DNA of 63,282 nucleotides, filler included, from Acidimicrobiia bacterium (lineage in GTDB: Bacteria; Actinomycetota; Acidimicrobiia; Spongiisociales; SHLN01): the NCBI GenBank assembly GCA_041619515.1. It is 3 parts of 3 records of this genome, joined end to end, with 100 filler letters (N's around TTAATTAATTAA, not from the genome) between each part and the next. Parts side by side here need not be neighbours in the genome. Positions count along the whole stretch, not along the records: positions 29,718 to 59,276 come from JBFKDW010000034.1; 2 more parts are not named here. One strand, given 5' to 3'. The translations under genes and the position numbers were made by a program. This document shows positions 39,690 to 49,598 of the stretch, one piece after another. Positions within the stretch are counted from its first letter, which is position 1; each line of letters begins with the position of its first letter. The notes below the pieces were generated by a model. The model ran no database searches. It saw nothing but the letters and a program-made list of their open reading frames with translations, and was not told the DNA's origin.

Positions 39690-39817
39690 CTCACAGCCTT
39701 CGCCACCGTGCCACCCCGGCTTGAGGAAGAAATTGGATGTACCGTTCCAACGGGCCGATTAAACCCCTCCAACCGAATCCAACGCCTCCCGACCGCCATG
39801 CTGTGCGAGGATGTCGC

Positions 39818-40639
39818 ATGTCCGGAACCGAGATCCCAGCCGAGATCGCCGCCCATTACGAGTCGTACGACGAGGACGCGCGGCTCAGCGAGGGGAGCGG
39901 GCGGCTCGAAGCAGCCCGCACCCGCCTCCTCATCCAGAGATACCTGCCGCCGCCCCCGGCGCTCGTGCTCGATGTCGGGGGCGGGCCCGGGGCGTATGCG
40001 CACTGGCTGGCCCGGGCCGGATACGAGGTGCACCTGCGCGACCCGATGGCCGGGCACGTGGCACAGGCCCTCGAGGCGGGGGGTGGCAACCTGCTCGCCT
40101 CAACTGAGGTTGGAGACGCCCGCAGCCTCGATTTCGAAGACGAAACTGCCGATGGGGTGCTCCTGCTGGGACCGCTATATCACCTCACCGAGCCAGACGA
40201 CCGGGCACGGGCTGTGGAAGAGTCAATGCGAGTGCTTCGCCCCGGCGGGCCCCTCTTCACCGCCGGCATCAGCCGCTTCGCGTCGGCCCTCGACGGGCTG
40301 TGGAGAGACTTCATCGCCGACCCGGCCTTTCGGCACATCATGCATGGTGACCTGACCGACGGCCAGCATCGCAACGACACCGGGAACCCCAGCTACTTCA
40401 CGACCGCCTACTTCCACGAGCCAGAGGAGCTGCGGTCCGAGCTGGAAGCAGCCGGCCTGACCGGATGCCGGGTGCTGGCCGTGGAAGGGATCGGCTGGAT
40501 CATGCCCGATTTCGACGATCGATGGCAGGATGATGCGAGCCGGCGCCTCATACTCGAGCTGCTCGACCGAACCGAGGCCGAACCGAGCATCATGGGTGTC
40601 AGCCCACACTTGCTGGCGGTGGGGTGGAAACCAGGGTGA
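39818..40639 (+). CDS. Class I SAM-dependent methyltransferase
   Basis: VLDVGGGPG, GDARSL, LLLGPLYHL, RVLRPGG. Confidence 0.9.
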   Translation: MSGTEIPAEIAAHYESYDEDARLSEGSGRLEAARTRLLIQRYLPPPPALVLDVGGGPGAYAHWLARAGYEVHLRDPMAGHVAQALEAGGGNLLASTEVGDARSLDFEDETADGVLLLGPLYHLTEPDDRARAVEESMRVLRPGGPLFTAGISRFASALDGLWRDFIADPAFRHIMHGDLTDGQHRNDTGNPSYFTTAYFHEPEELRSELEAAGLTGCRVLAVEGIGWIMPDFDDRWQDDASRRLILELLDRTEAEPSIMGVSPHLLAVGWKPG

Positions 40640-40686
40640 CCGAGCCCATCCGGGTTTGGATCACACCGGGCCGCAGCCGGCCTCGT

Positions 40687-41049
40687 TCAGGCTCCGATCA
40701 CCCGGCGGCGCTCGGACAAGCGCGCCCCGACCCGCCATCCGAGGAGGAATAGCGTCAGGAAGGCACCGGCCACCAGGACGAACGAGAGCTGGGTGCCATC
40801 GTCGAAGACAACTCGGCGCAGGACCATGCCGGCCCCGAAGGTCACCGCCAGGACGCCGGCGCCCACCCGCAGAGAGACGGGATCCTCCCACGCCCTGGTC
40901 ACCGCCCACCCGAAGGCGAGGGCAATGAGGAACGGTCCGGCGGTGTGGAGGATGCCGGTCGCCGACTCGGCAGCGCCGTGATTGGCGCGGCCGGCGACCA
41001 CGAACACGAGCACGGATGCCACATCCCAGGCAAGCAGCGATTTCTTCAT
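40687..41049 (-). CDS. DUF3054-like membrane protein
   Basis: DVASVLVFVVAGRANH...TAGPFL...GMVLR...SFVLVA...LLGWR. Confidence 0.82.
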   Translation of the reverse strand: MKKSLLAWDVASVLVFVVAGRANHGAAESATGILHTAGPFLIALAFGWAVTRAWEDPVSLRVGAGVLAVTFGAGMVLRRVVFDDGTQLSFVLVAGAFLTLFLLGWRVGARLSERRRVIGA

Positions 41050-41121
41050 CGTCTCAGCGTATCGCCCCGATCCGGCCGATCCGCCATCCCCGACCCATCG
41101 CCGGGTGTCACAATGGGAGGC

Positions 41122-41742
41122 ATGACGGCACGCCGCCAGCATTGGGAGTCGCTCTACCAGCGTCGCAGTCCGACCGAGGTGAGCTGGTATCAGGAGAATC
41201 CGGCGCGGTCCCTCATCCTGATCGAAGAGACGGGCGTCGCAACCGACGACCCGATCATCGATATCGGCGGGGGCTCGAGCCGTCTCGTCGATCGGCTGCT
41301 CGACCTCGGATACACCAGGCTGACGGTCCTCGATCTGGCGCCGACGGCTCTCGCCCAGGCGAGAGATCGGCTGGGGACGCGCGCCGCCGACGTCGTCTGG
41401 ATCGAGGCCGACGTACTCGAACACCACTTTGCCCACCCGTTCGCGCTGTGGCATGACCGGGCGGTGTTTCACTTTCTCACCGATCCGGATGAGCAGGCCG
41501 CCTACGTCACGCGGCTCGAAGCGGCACTGAGGCCGTCGGGCCATGCCATCATCGCCACGTTCAGTCCCGACGGTCCGGACCAATGCAGCGGGCTACCCGT
41601 GCAGCGCCACAGCCCCGAGTCGCTGTCTGAGGTGCTCGGATCGGCGTTCGAGCCGGTCGGTTTCCAGGAGGAGGCCCACCACACGCCCGCAGGAAACCTC
41701 CAGCATTTCCTCTACGGCCGCTTCTTGCGCACGGATGGCTGA
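41122..41742 (+). CDS. Class I SAM-dependent methyltransferase
   Basis: HWESLY...VSWYQ, IIDIGGGSS, WHDRAVFHFLT, ATFSPDGPDQCSGLPV. Confidence 0.9.
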   Translation: MTARRQHWESLYQRRSPTEVSWYQENPARSLILIEETGVATDDPIIDIGGGSSRLVDRLLDLGYTRLTVLDLAPTALAQARDRLGTRAADVVWIEADVLEHHFAHPFALWHDRAVFHFLTDPDEQAAYVTRLEAALRPSGHAIIATFSPDGPDQCSGLPVQRHSPESLSEVLGSAFEPVGFQEEAHHTPAGNLQHFLYGRFLRTDG

Positions 41743-42143
41743 GCCATTTCCCGGAGGCGCCTTGCCGCCGCCACCCCCCACTGGCCGGATGCCACCCCCG
41801 CCCCGGCACCGACGACCGAGAGGACCACGTCGGAGCGTTCGTATCCGCGATCGGTGAAGAGATCCTGCACCACCTCCAGGCCGACGAGGAAGGCGACGGC
41901 GACGGCGACGGCGAGCAGGAAGGGGCGCCGGCGGCGAGCGACGAACCGGGAGACGAGGAATCCGGTGACGAATCCGCCCACGACGTGACCGGGGCCGTCC
42001 ACGCTCCCAATGTCCTCAAACCAGAAATCGGGTGGATCGGCCGCCAGGAGCAAATAGCCGAAGAAGACAACCCACGACACGGCTATGAGCAGGCCGACGC
42101 GTTTCCACCAGTTCGGCCGGCGTTGAGTGGGCATTTCGGTCAT
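41712..42143 (-). CDS. VanZ-like membrane protein
   Basis: DGPGH, LEVVQ..FTDRGYERSDV..SVVG pattern with TM helices. Confidence 0.65.
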   Translation of the reverse strand: MTEMPTQRRPNWWKRVGLLIAVSWVVFFGYLLLAADPPDFWFEDIGSVDGPGHVVGGFVTGFLVSRFVARRRRPFLLAVAVAVAFLVGLEVVQDLFTDRGYERSDVVLSVVGAGAGVASGQWGVAAARRLREMAQPSVRKKRP

Positions 42144-42214
42144 GACCCGATCAGCGTATCGCCAATCGGCGCGTCTGTGCACCGGTCGCGGCCCGTGCCT
42201 CTGGGACCCCGGGC

Positions 42215-43240
42215 TCAGACGGCGGGCCAGGTCCTCCCCGTCGGGAAGAACGTCAAATAGTCCGACGGGAAGGCCGTGAACGCCGGCAGCCTGCCGAGGG
42301 CCTGGTCGGCCAGGGGACCCGAGCGACCGAGGCCCAGAAACGGGTCGAATACGGTGCCCGTCTCCGGGTCCACCAGCCCATCGGCGGTCAGTTCGAGATC
42401 GACGACCGCGGAGTCCAGCCGCCGGCTGAACACCGCCCAGCGGGCGGGGTCCTCGGGGTCGATCACAACGGCGATCTCGACGCCCGCGACCACGTCGTTG
42501 ACGACACCGACCTCCTGGAGGGCCCGGATGGCGTAAGCACTGGCTTCGGTTCCGAAATCGACCACGACCGCCATCTGGTCGAGATGGAAGCCGGTTTCCC
42601 AGGCAACCACGTCCAGGGCTGCCGTCTCAGGATGAGCGGTCCGCCACGCATTCCAGGTGGTGAGGGTGGACGGGATCAGTTCGAGACGGTCGCCGGTGCG
42701 AGGCCCGAGGATCGCCTCACCGAGCGGTTGACTCCAGATCGAGCCGGTGTCGTGGTCCCACCAGGTCATGGCGTTGCCCCACAGCGCCCCTTGATTGCCG
42801 AACACCAGCTCCTGTCCGTCCAATTGGCGGCGATGGACCATCGCCGTGGCACACAGTGGTCACCAAGAGACGAGGATCGGGTCGCCCTCCAGCGAGTCCA
42901 TCACCATCTCATGGCGATTCAGGTGCGTGATGGGGTACGCCTTGGCGGTTGCTGCTCCGGCAACGCCCACTACGAGCGAGTCGTCCGGCCATTCCACCCC
43001 GTCGGCCGATGTGAAGACCGGGTTGTATACCGGTTCGATCTGATCTCTGTCCAGCAGCGGCCGGTAGCCGGCCGGGAGGGTCTCTCCAGCGCGCACCGGG
43101 TCGTAGACGAGCGCCGGGTCGGCGGGCACCACGCCGCCGGTGACGGCTTCGGGGGACGAGCAGGCCCCGACGGCGAGAACGGCGACGCCAACCAGGCCCG
43201 CCAGCCAGGCGATTGAAGCGAATCGACGCCGTGGTTCCAC
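42215..43240 (-). CDS. DUF3179-domain lipoprotein, probable selenoprotein (in-frame TGA at 42860-42862, W-U-P-L-C)
   Basis: Track ORFs 42860-43240 and 42215-42841 share one frame; read-through gives KAYP...HEMVMD...PILVSW-U-PLCATAMV...WWDHDTGSIWSQ...TTWNAW..HP. The TGA occupies the first Cys of the family CPLC motif. Lipobox LAVGAC. Confidence 0.88.
42828..42846 (-). promoter_or_regulatory. Candidate bacterial SECIS hairpin
   Basis: mRNA sense CGGCGAUGG-U-CCAUCGCCG, a perfect inverted repeat beginning after a 13-nt spacer 3' of the UGA, with G in the apical loop. Confidence 0.75.
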
Positions 43241-43734
43241 GCCACCTCAACGGCCCTGCCGCCGCGTTGATTCCGGGGGTCGGGTTCGCCCGCTACCCAC
43301 CCTCCACTTCGAGCACCATGCCGACCGAGTTCTGCGCCGTCCTGCACGTAACTTGCTGACCTGCATCCGTCCCGGGCACGACCGGTCGGAGGGTCGCAAA
43401 TGAGACGTACGACTCTGGTGGCGGCGCCCGCACCGCGGCACGGTAGCGAAAGGGGCCCTTCGGGGTGATCGTCGCCCCGTGGCCCATCCTTCCTTGGCGC
43501 CCGGGGGGAGGCCGAGGACCGAGAGGAGGGGGACATGCTCGCATCGTCTCGGATCAAGGATCCGGCGCGGGTGGCCGGAAATGAGGAGAACGAGCTCTCC
43601 AGGTTGCGTGTTGTGACCTCGATCACCGAGCACTACTGCCGCCAAATCAGCCGGCGGGAGTATCAGGGGATGGAGCGGGAGGTCCCCCCGACGGACCGGG
43701 GACTGCAGGTTGCGCACACCGCCCGGCCCCTTCG

Positions 43735-44937
43735 ATGAGAACCCTCACGGCCGAGGAGGCGCTGGCCATCGCCACCCGCCATCACGCACTCGGCCGGGCT
43801 GGGTCTTCTATCGAGGACACCGCTTCCGACCTCGTCGGCCTGCACAACACGAGCCCGGTCGGGCCCTACCTGTCGCTTCGGGCGCGTGTGTCCGGGTTTT
43901 CGCGCCAGGCCCTCGATACCTTGCTGTGGGACTCGTGGCGGCTCGCTCGCATCCGGGCGATGCGCCTGACCATGTTCGTGTTTCCGGGCGATCTGCTCGA
44001 GATCGCGTATGCGGCCACGAGGCACCTCTCGGAGTCGTGGGCGCATCGATGGCTACGCGACTCTCAGCTATCTACCCGTGAGTTCCAACGCCTGGCCGCC
44101 GCCGTATATGAGGCGCTGGCCGATGGGCCGCGCACCGTGCGAGCCCTCCGTCGAGACCTGCAGGTTCCGGCATCGGTGGATCTCGCCGGCGTCGTCGCCA
44201 GAATGTGTGACACCGGCCGGATTGTGGGGGGAGCACCGCCCCGGAGCTGGCGATCACCCGTCCGTGCCTACCACCGGTGGCACGATGTACTGGCGCATGT
44301 GGACCTCGACCGCTGGGAGGAGGAGTCCGCCATTCGGGAACTGGTTCGCCGCTACGTCGGATCGTACGGCCCGGTCACCGTCGACGACATCTCGTGGTGG
44401 ACGGGCATGATCAAAGGGCGATGTCGGAAGGCGCTGGCGGACCTCGACATCGAGGAAGTTGCCGTCGACGGCTGGCCCGGGCCGCTCTACCGGATCACGG
44501 ATGACTTCACCGTCCGGGCGCCGGATACCGGGGTCACGGCGTTGCCACTGCTCGACCCGTACGTCCAGGGATACCGGGACCGCGTGCGGTTCCTCGATCC
44601 AGAGCGCGTCGACTTCGTCTACGACGGCGGGGGCAATTCCGCCGCCACCCTGGTTGCGGGCGGCCGCATCATCGGCGTGTGGCAGCTCTCCGAAAAGCCG
44701 GAGGCCTCGGTCCGCTATCACATCTTCGGCCGCGCTACGGTCGGCCTGCGGCGGGCGGCCGCAGGCGACCTGGCCGCCGCCGGGGAGCTCTACTTCGATC
44801 GGCCGGTCGATGTCGTCGAGATTTCGAAAATGCAGCCGCTCAGCGCCGGGGGTGGCCGGAGTGCGGCACATCCGCTCGACTCGCAGCTGCATCGTGCCTC
44901 CCGAAGGCAGCCGAGGACGGGTACTCGGCGACAATGA
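43735..44937 (+). CDS. AlkZ/YcaQ-like (HTH_42) winged-helix DNA glycosylase family protein
   Basis: VGLHNTSP..YLSLRARV, RAMRLTMF, LVRRYVGSYGPVTVDDISWWTG, LPLLDPY, GRIIGVW. Confidence 0.82.
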   Translation: MRTLTAEEALAIATRHHALGRAGSSIEDTASDLVGLHNTSPVGPYLSLRARVSGFSRQALDTLLWDSWRLARIRAMRLTMFVFPGDLLEIAYAATRHLSESWAHRWLRDSQLSTREFQRLAAAVYEALADGPRTVRALRRDLQVPASVDLAGVVARMCDTGRIVGGAPPRSWRSPVRAYHRWHDVLAHVDLDRWEEESAIRELVRRYVGSYGPVTVDDISWWTGMIKGRCRKALADLDIEEVAVDGWPGPLYRITDDFTVRAPDTGVTALPLLDPYVQGYRDRVRFLDPERVDFVYDGGGNSAATLVAGGRIIGVWQLSEKPEASVRYHIFGRATVGLRRAAAGDLAAAGELYFDRPVDVVEISKMQPLSAGGGRSAAHPLDSQLHRASRRQPRTGTRRQ

Positions 44938-44967
44938 AGACAGTCCACCCGTCCTATCGTGTTGTCC

Positions 44968-45987
44968 ATGAGCGCCGTCCTCGAACACATCGAACTGGGC
45001 TTTCCGTGGACCTGCCTCGACCCGTTTCTGTTCACCGTCCACCATCTGGATCGGTACCCGGAGGGCCACGAGCATCAGGGGCCGGCGCCGGAACTGCTGG
45101 CCGGGCGGCCGATCGGCACCGACTTCACCTACCAGGACGGGTGGAGCATGTACCACGGAAACAAGATCCCCGGCTTCCCACAGCATCCCCATCGCGGTTT
45201 TGAGACCGTTACGGTGGTCCGTCACGGCTTCGTCGATCACTCCGACTCGCTGGGGGCCACTGCCCGGTACGGGGAAGGCGACGTGCAATGGCTCACAACC
45301 GGCGCCGGGATCATGCACGCCGAGATGTTCCCGCTCATTCACACCGATGCCCCCAACACCATGGAGCTCTTTCAGATCTGGCTCAACCTGCCGCCGGAAT
45401 CGAAGATGGTCCCCCCGTACTTTGCGATGCTGTGGAGTGAGGAGATCCCGACCCGGGAGTTCGCCGGCGGGGTCACCGTCGACGTGATCGCCGGGCGGCT
45501 CGACGGCGCCACGGCTCCGGCCGCGCCCCCCGATTCCTGGTCATCCCGGCCCGAGTCGGACTTGGCCATCTGGCTCATCAAGATGCCGGCCGCCGCCACC
45601 TGGACGCTTCCGGCCGCCGGCCCCGGGGTCAACCGGATGCTCTACTGCTTCGTCGGGTCGACGGCGGTCGTCGAAAACACGGCCGTCGCGAGCGAAGAAG
45701 CCGTCCGACTCGACCCGGAGGCCGCCGTCGAGCTCCATGCCGGGAGCGAAGCCGTCGAGTTTCTGCTGCTGCAGGGCCGCCCCATCGACGCACCGGTGTT
45801 CCAAATGGGCCCGTTCGTCATGAACTCACCCGAGGAGTTGCAGCAGGCCTTCGTCGACTACCGGACCACTCAGTTCGGCGGCTGGCCCTGGCCCCGGCCC
45901 GACCCGGTCCACGACCGGACCGAGGGACGGTTCGCCCTCCACGCCGACGGCAAGGTCGAGCACCGGGAACGGACGCCACTGGGCTAG
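44968..45987 (+). CDS. Pirin family protein
   Basis: DPFLF, GFPQHPHRGFETVT, DHSDSLG, VQWLTTGAGIMHAE, FQIWLNLP, GPFVMN. Confidence 0.94.
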   Translation: MSAVLEHIELGFPWTCLDPFLFTVHHLDRYPEGHEHQGPAPELLAGRPIGTDFTYQDGWSMYHGNKIPGFPQHPHRGFETVTVVRHGFVDHSDSLGATARYGEGDVQWLTTGAGIMHAEMFPLIHTDAPNTMELFQIWLNLPPESKMVPPYFAMLWSEEIPTREFAGGVTVDVIAGRLDGATAPAAPPDSWSSRPESDLAIWLIKMPAAATWTLPAAGPGVNRMLYCFVGSTAVVENTAVASEEAVRLDPEAAVELHAGSEAVEFLLLQGRPIDAPVFQMGPFVMNSPEELQQAFVDYRTTQFGGWPWPRPDPVHDRTEGRFALHADGKVEHRERTPLG

Positions 45988-46018
45988 CCCCACGGCGCAG
46001 CCGGCCGTTGGCGCCCGG

Positions 46019-48376
46019 TCAGGCCTCGACCGAGTCTCCCCTCCACGGGTGCGCTTTCAGCTCCGGGTCGTATTGACGCAGCGGGTGGCGGGCCGGGTCG
46101 AGCTCGAGGCTCGTGTCCCACGGTTCGAAGGCATTCTTCACGTTGCCGAGGCCGGTGGCCGCCAGCTCCGGAAAGTGGCGCAAGATGACGTTCTTGAAGC
46201 TGGACTCGTCGACCCAGCGCAAGCCTTCCTTGGAGTACACCTCCTCCCGGTAGTCGTCTGTGTAGAAGCGGTCGGCCTGCAAGCGCCGGCTGGCGTTGAG
46301 AATGAAGATCTGAAACATCGTCTCACCGAACCCGAACCCGGTTGGGCGGTGGCCCTCGCCAAGGGTCCCCACCAGCAGGTCGAGCTGCTCGACGTCATCG
46401 CCGTACACCTCTTTGAGCTTCGCAACCGTATCCGCGTCGTCGGTCAGGTCTTCGAAGGTGCGGATCGGCTTGAGACCCAGCTGGCGGCGGAACTCGTTGT
46501 AGCGGGGGACGCCGCGCTCGCGAGCTCGCAAGATATCGATGGCCCCCATGTCGAACACCGGGTTGCCCGGGATGCTCAGCTCCTGCATGAAGCGCGGATA
46601 GTTGTTGAGCACCAGCTGGCCGGGGTGCTGGTTGCCGAACGAGAAGAACAGGTCGGCCATGTCGACCCGCCCCGTCACCTTGGGTGATCCGGCCTGGCGA
46701 GTGGCCGGGAAGGGCACGTCCTCGATGTCCTCCCCGGTGGCGTGGCTTCGCAGCCGGAGGGATTCGGGCAGCAGCGAATGCAGCCGGTACACCTCGACGA
46801 ACTCCTCGGTCAGACCATAGGGCGAACCGTGCTTGTTGATCTTGTTACCGACCAGGCCGCCGAGCTCGGGATTGGCCACGTTGAAGTCGGCAACCGTCTT
46901 GCGATCCTTCGCCTTCCGGAACCGATAGGTGAGCATCCCATACCAGTTGGCGTTGAGCCCCATGTCGAGGCTCTTGTTGGGAAGGATGGCCGGAGTCCAC
47001 TCGACCGAGTGGATCTTGGCCATGACCGCGGCGTTCACCAGCCGGGCGACGTTGAACAGTCGGTGGTCGTCCCAGTCGGGATGATGCTCCTTGAGGTGGT
47101 CACAGATTGCGTTGTGTTCGCGGGCGAACAGGTCATGCAGCATCGAGAGGCCCACCCACCAGTTACGAACCATTCCGCTGTCCTCGACTCCGTTCTCGTC
47201 CAACGGCAGGGTGCCGTTCTCGTTGAGGCGCAGCTTGCCGTCCACGCCGCTGCGGAGCCGGTCCTGGGTCTGCTGGTCGCTTCCGTAGATCTGGGAACCG
47301 TCCCACCAGTGGGTCACCTCGTTGATGAAGGTGAGCGGCGTCTCCTCACCCAGATCCCGCCGGGTCGGGTCGGGCTGGGTACGACCGACGAACATATTGG
47401 CCTGGCGATACCGGGCGCGGGCCGGGTCGTCCTCGGCCAGCGGGATCTCCACGACCTCGGTGCTGAGGTTCTCACCGTGGGTGATCCAGTCGTGGTTCTG
47501 GAATTGGATCCACACCGCAGCCAGCATGTTGAGGAAGGGCACCTCCTTCATCTGCTCACCCCGGGTGAGCAGCGTCCTGCTGATCAGGCGTGGGTTGGGA
47601 GAAAGAAGCTCCTCATCCGACGGCAGCCTGATGGCCGAGTTGGCGACGTTGCGCGGGAATCGCGTGCCGGCCGCCCCTTCCTTGGGATCGTCGAGGTTGT
47701 TCCAGCTCCCGTCGGCCGTGCGGAAATGGGTCACGCCGGCGGGAGGGACGAGGCCATCGGGCTGGAACCCGATCTTGGCGCCGGTCGGGTAGGTGGACTT
47801 CAGATTGTCCCGGTTGAGCTTCTCGCGCATGTACGCCAGCGTGAGAATCCCGGTGTAGAGGCGCTTGCGGTACCAGTTGGTCCACACATCGCCCAGATAC
47901 CGCTTGCCGACCAGCGAGGTGAGGGCTCCGAACGTAGCCCCGCCGATGGTGCCGACGCCATGGCCGACGAGATAGCGCACTCGCCGCCAGATGTTGAGCC
48001 TGAGCCGTCCGGCGGGGGGCTCCGGGAGCGATGGGGTGGGTGGCGGACCGAGCAGCGCATCCCGCTCGAAGTAGTGCACGGGCGGGACGGGAACCTCGAT
48101 CTCGGCGCTGGCGTTTGCCTCGCTCACCTCCAGCATGTGCTGCCATTCGGCCCGGCCCCCGTTGGACTGGAGCGCCCGGGCGTAGTGCCGGGCGGCTTCC
48201 GAGTACCGCTCAGAATGGAAATGGGCGAGACCGAGCAGGGCCTCGCTCTCGCCACCCGGGTCACCCGCAGCGGCGTCCTCCAATCTCTTGGCGGCTCCCG
48301 CGAAGTTCCGCTCCTCCAACAAGCGGATTCCCTCGGCGCGAGCCGCCTCCCACCCTGTGTCGATCGGTGCGGTCAT
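46019..48376 (-). CDS. Peroxidase-cyclooxygenase superfamily heme enzyme (alpha-dioxygenase-like) with N-terminal TPR-like region
   Basis: RTADGSWN, WIQFQNHDW, THWWDGSQIYG, KIHSVEWTPA, EEFVEVYRLHSLLP, RERGVPRYNEFRR, ASRRLQADRF; N-terminal ALLGLAHF..ERYSEAARHYARAL. Confidence 0.9.
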   Translation of the reverse strand: MTAPIDTGWEAARAEGIRLLEERNFAGAAKRLEDAAAGDPGGESEALLGLAHFHSERYSEAARHYARALQSNGGRAEWQHMLEVSEANASAEIEVPVPPVHYFERDALLGPPPTPSLPEPPAGRLRLNIWRRVRYLVGHGVGTIGGATFGALTSLVGKRYLGDVWTNWYRKRLYTGILTLAYMREKLNRDNLKSTYPTGAKIGFQPDGLVPPAGVTHFRTADGSWNNLDDPKEGAAGTRFPRNVANSAIRLPSDEELLSPNPRLISRTLLTRGEQMKEVPFLNMLAAVWIQFQNHDWITHGENLSTEVVEIPLAEDDPARARYRQANMFVGRTQPDPTRRDLGEETPLTFINEVTHWWDGSQIYGSDQQTQDRLRSGVDGKLRLNENGTLPLDENGVEDSGMVRNWWVGLSMLHDLFAREHNAICDHLKEHHPDWDDHRLFNVARLVNAAVMAKIHSVEWTPAILPNKSLDMGLNANWYGMLTYRFRKAKDRKTVADFNVANPELGGLVGNKINKHGSPYGLTEEFVEVYRLHSLLPESLRLRSHATGEDIEDVPFPATRQAGSPKVTGRVDMADLFFSFGNQHPGQLVLNNYPRFMQELSIPGNPVFDMGAIDILRARERGVPRYNEFRRQLGLKPIRTFEDLTDDADTVAKLKEVYGDDVEQLDLLVGTLGEGHRPTGFGFGETMFQIFILNASRRLQADRFYTDDYREEVYSKEGLRWVDESSFKNVILRHFPELAATGLGNVKNAFEPWDTSLELDPARHPLRQYDPELKAHPWRGDSVEA

Positions 48377-48500
48377 ACCTACCCCTTTCTCACACCGGCG
48401 AGTTGAACGCCGCCGTGGATTCCCCCGAACCCTGCTGGCCATCGAGCCTACACGCCCACAAATCGCCCTGTCAGGGTCCCGTACAGCCGCCGGCCGGGCG

Positions 48501-49598
48501 CTACTCCGGGCGGGTGACGTCCGAAAGGTCGACGACGACGGTGGTTCCCACTCCGGGCTGAGACTCCAGCGCAATGGCACCGCCGTGGGCCTGCACCAGG
48601 TCCCGGCTGATCGTCAGTCCCAGGCCCGAGCCGCGCGACGTCGAGCCTTTGTGAAATCGATCAAACACGTGCTCCAGTTCGGAGGCATCGATCCCGCTGC
48701 CTGAATCAATGACTTCGACCACTGCTCCCCCGCCGTCGGGTCGGATGCGAAACAGCAGCCGCCCGCCCCCGGGCATGGCCCGGATGGCGTTGGTGGCCAG
48801 ATTCGTCAGGACCTCGCGGATTCGCACCGCATCCAGCATCAGCTCACCGACCTCGCCCTCCGCTTCGACCGAGATCGACACACCGCTCTCGGCTGCCCTC
48901 CGCCGGTAACCGTCGGCTACATCCTCGACGAGGCCGATCAGATTCGTCGCCTCCGGGTGGAGGGCGAGCCGCCCGGCGTCGATCAAGCTGAGCGTGCGCA
49001 GGTCCTCGAGGAGCCGTTCCATGGTCAGGACCTCGTTCATCAACAAGTTGAGATGATCGGCGTCGATCTCGTGCACACCGTCGAGCATGGCCTCGATCTC
49101 GCCGCGCACCACCGTGAGCGGAGTGCGCAGCTCGTGTCCCAGGTCGGCCAGCAATCGCCGGCGCTGTTCGTCGGCGGTCTCCAGCTGCCTGGCCATGTCG
49201 TTGAAGGAGTCGACAACTGCTCGAATGGAGCGGGATCCGCTCGGCTGCGCCCGGGCCGTGTAATCACCGTCGGCGAGGGCCCCGGCCGCCCGGATCAGCT
49301 GGCGGACCGGGCGCCAGGAGCGGGCGAACGACCGGCCGGCGAGGGCAACGCTCACCATCAGCAGCACAGGAACGAGGATGACGAAGGGCAGCCCCGCCAC
49401 CTCGGTGACGGCCGAGACCACCAACACGCCCACCGCCACCAGGACCACGAGGAAGATGCCGAACATGAGCACGCCGCGCACGAACATGCGCCGTCCGAAG
49501 CCCTGCCAGGCCTGGGCGCCCTTGCCGGGAGGCGGCCACCCGTGACCGGGAGGGCCCCACCAGCCCCCGGTCCCACCCGGCCCGAATCGCTCAGGCAT
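48501..49598 (-). CDS. HAMP-domain sensor histidine kinase (BaeS-like)
   Basis: Two TMs with a very short loop; HAMP; HELRTPL; NLATNA; DSGSG; GSGLGL. Confidence 0.93.
   Translation of the reverse strand: MPERFGPGGTGGWWGPPGHGWPPPGKGAQAWQGFGRRMFVRGVLMFGIFLVVLVAVGVLVVSAVTEVAGLPFVILVPVLLMVSVALAGRSFARSWRPVRQLIRAAGALADGDYTARAQPSGSRSIRAVVDSFNDMARQLETADEQRRRLLADLGHELRTPLTVVRGEIEAMLDGVHEIDADHLNLLMNEVLTMERLLEDLRTLSLIDAGRLALHPEATNLIGLVEDVADGYRRRAAESGVSISVEAEGEVGELMLDAVRIREVLTNLATNAIRAMPGGGRLLFRIRPDGGGAVVEVIDSGSGIDASELEHVFDRFHKGSTSRGSGLGLTISRDLVQAHGGAIALESQPGVGTTVVVDLSDVTRPE

Noticed and set aside
42860..42862. DUF3179 gene as a nonsense pseudogene or two separate genes
   Set aside because: The stop is TGA at the conserved Cys position with an adjacent SECIS-like hairpin and both halves intact; recoding is the better explanation.
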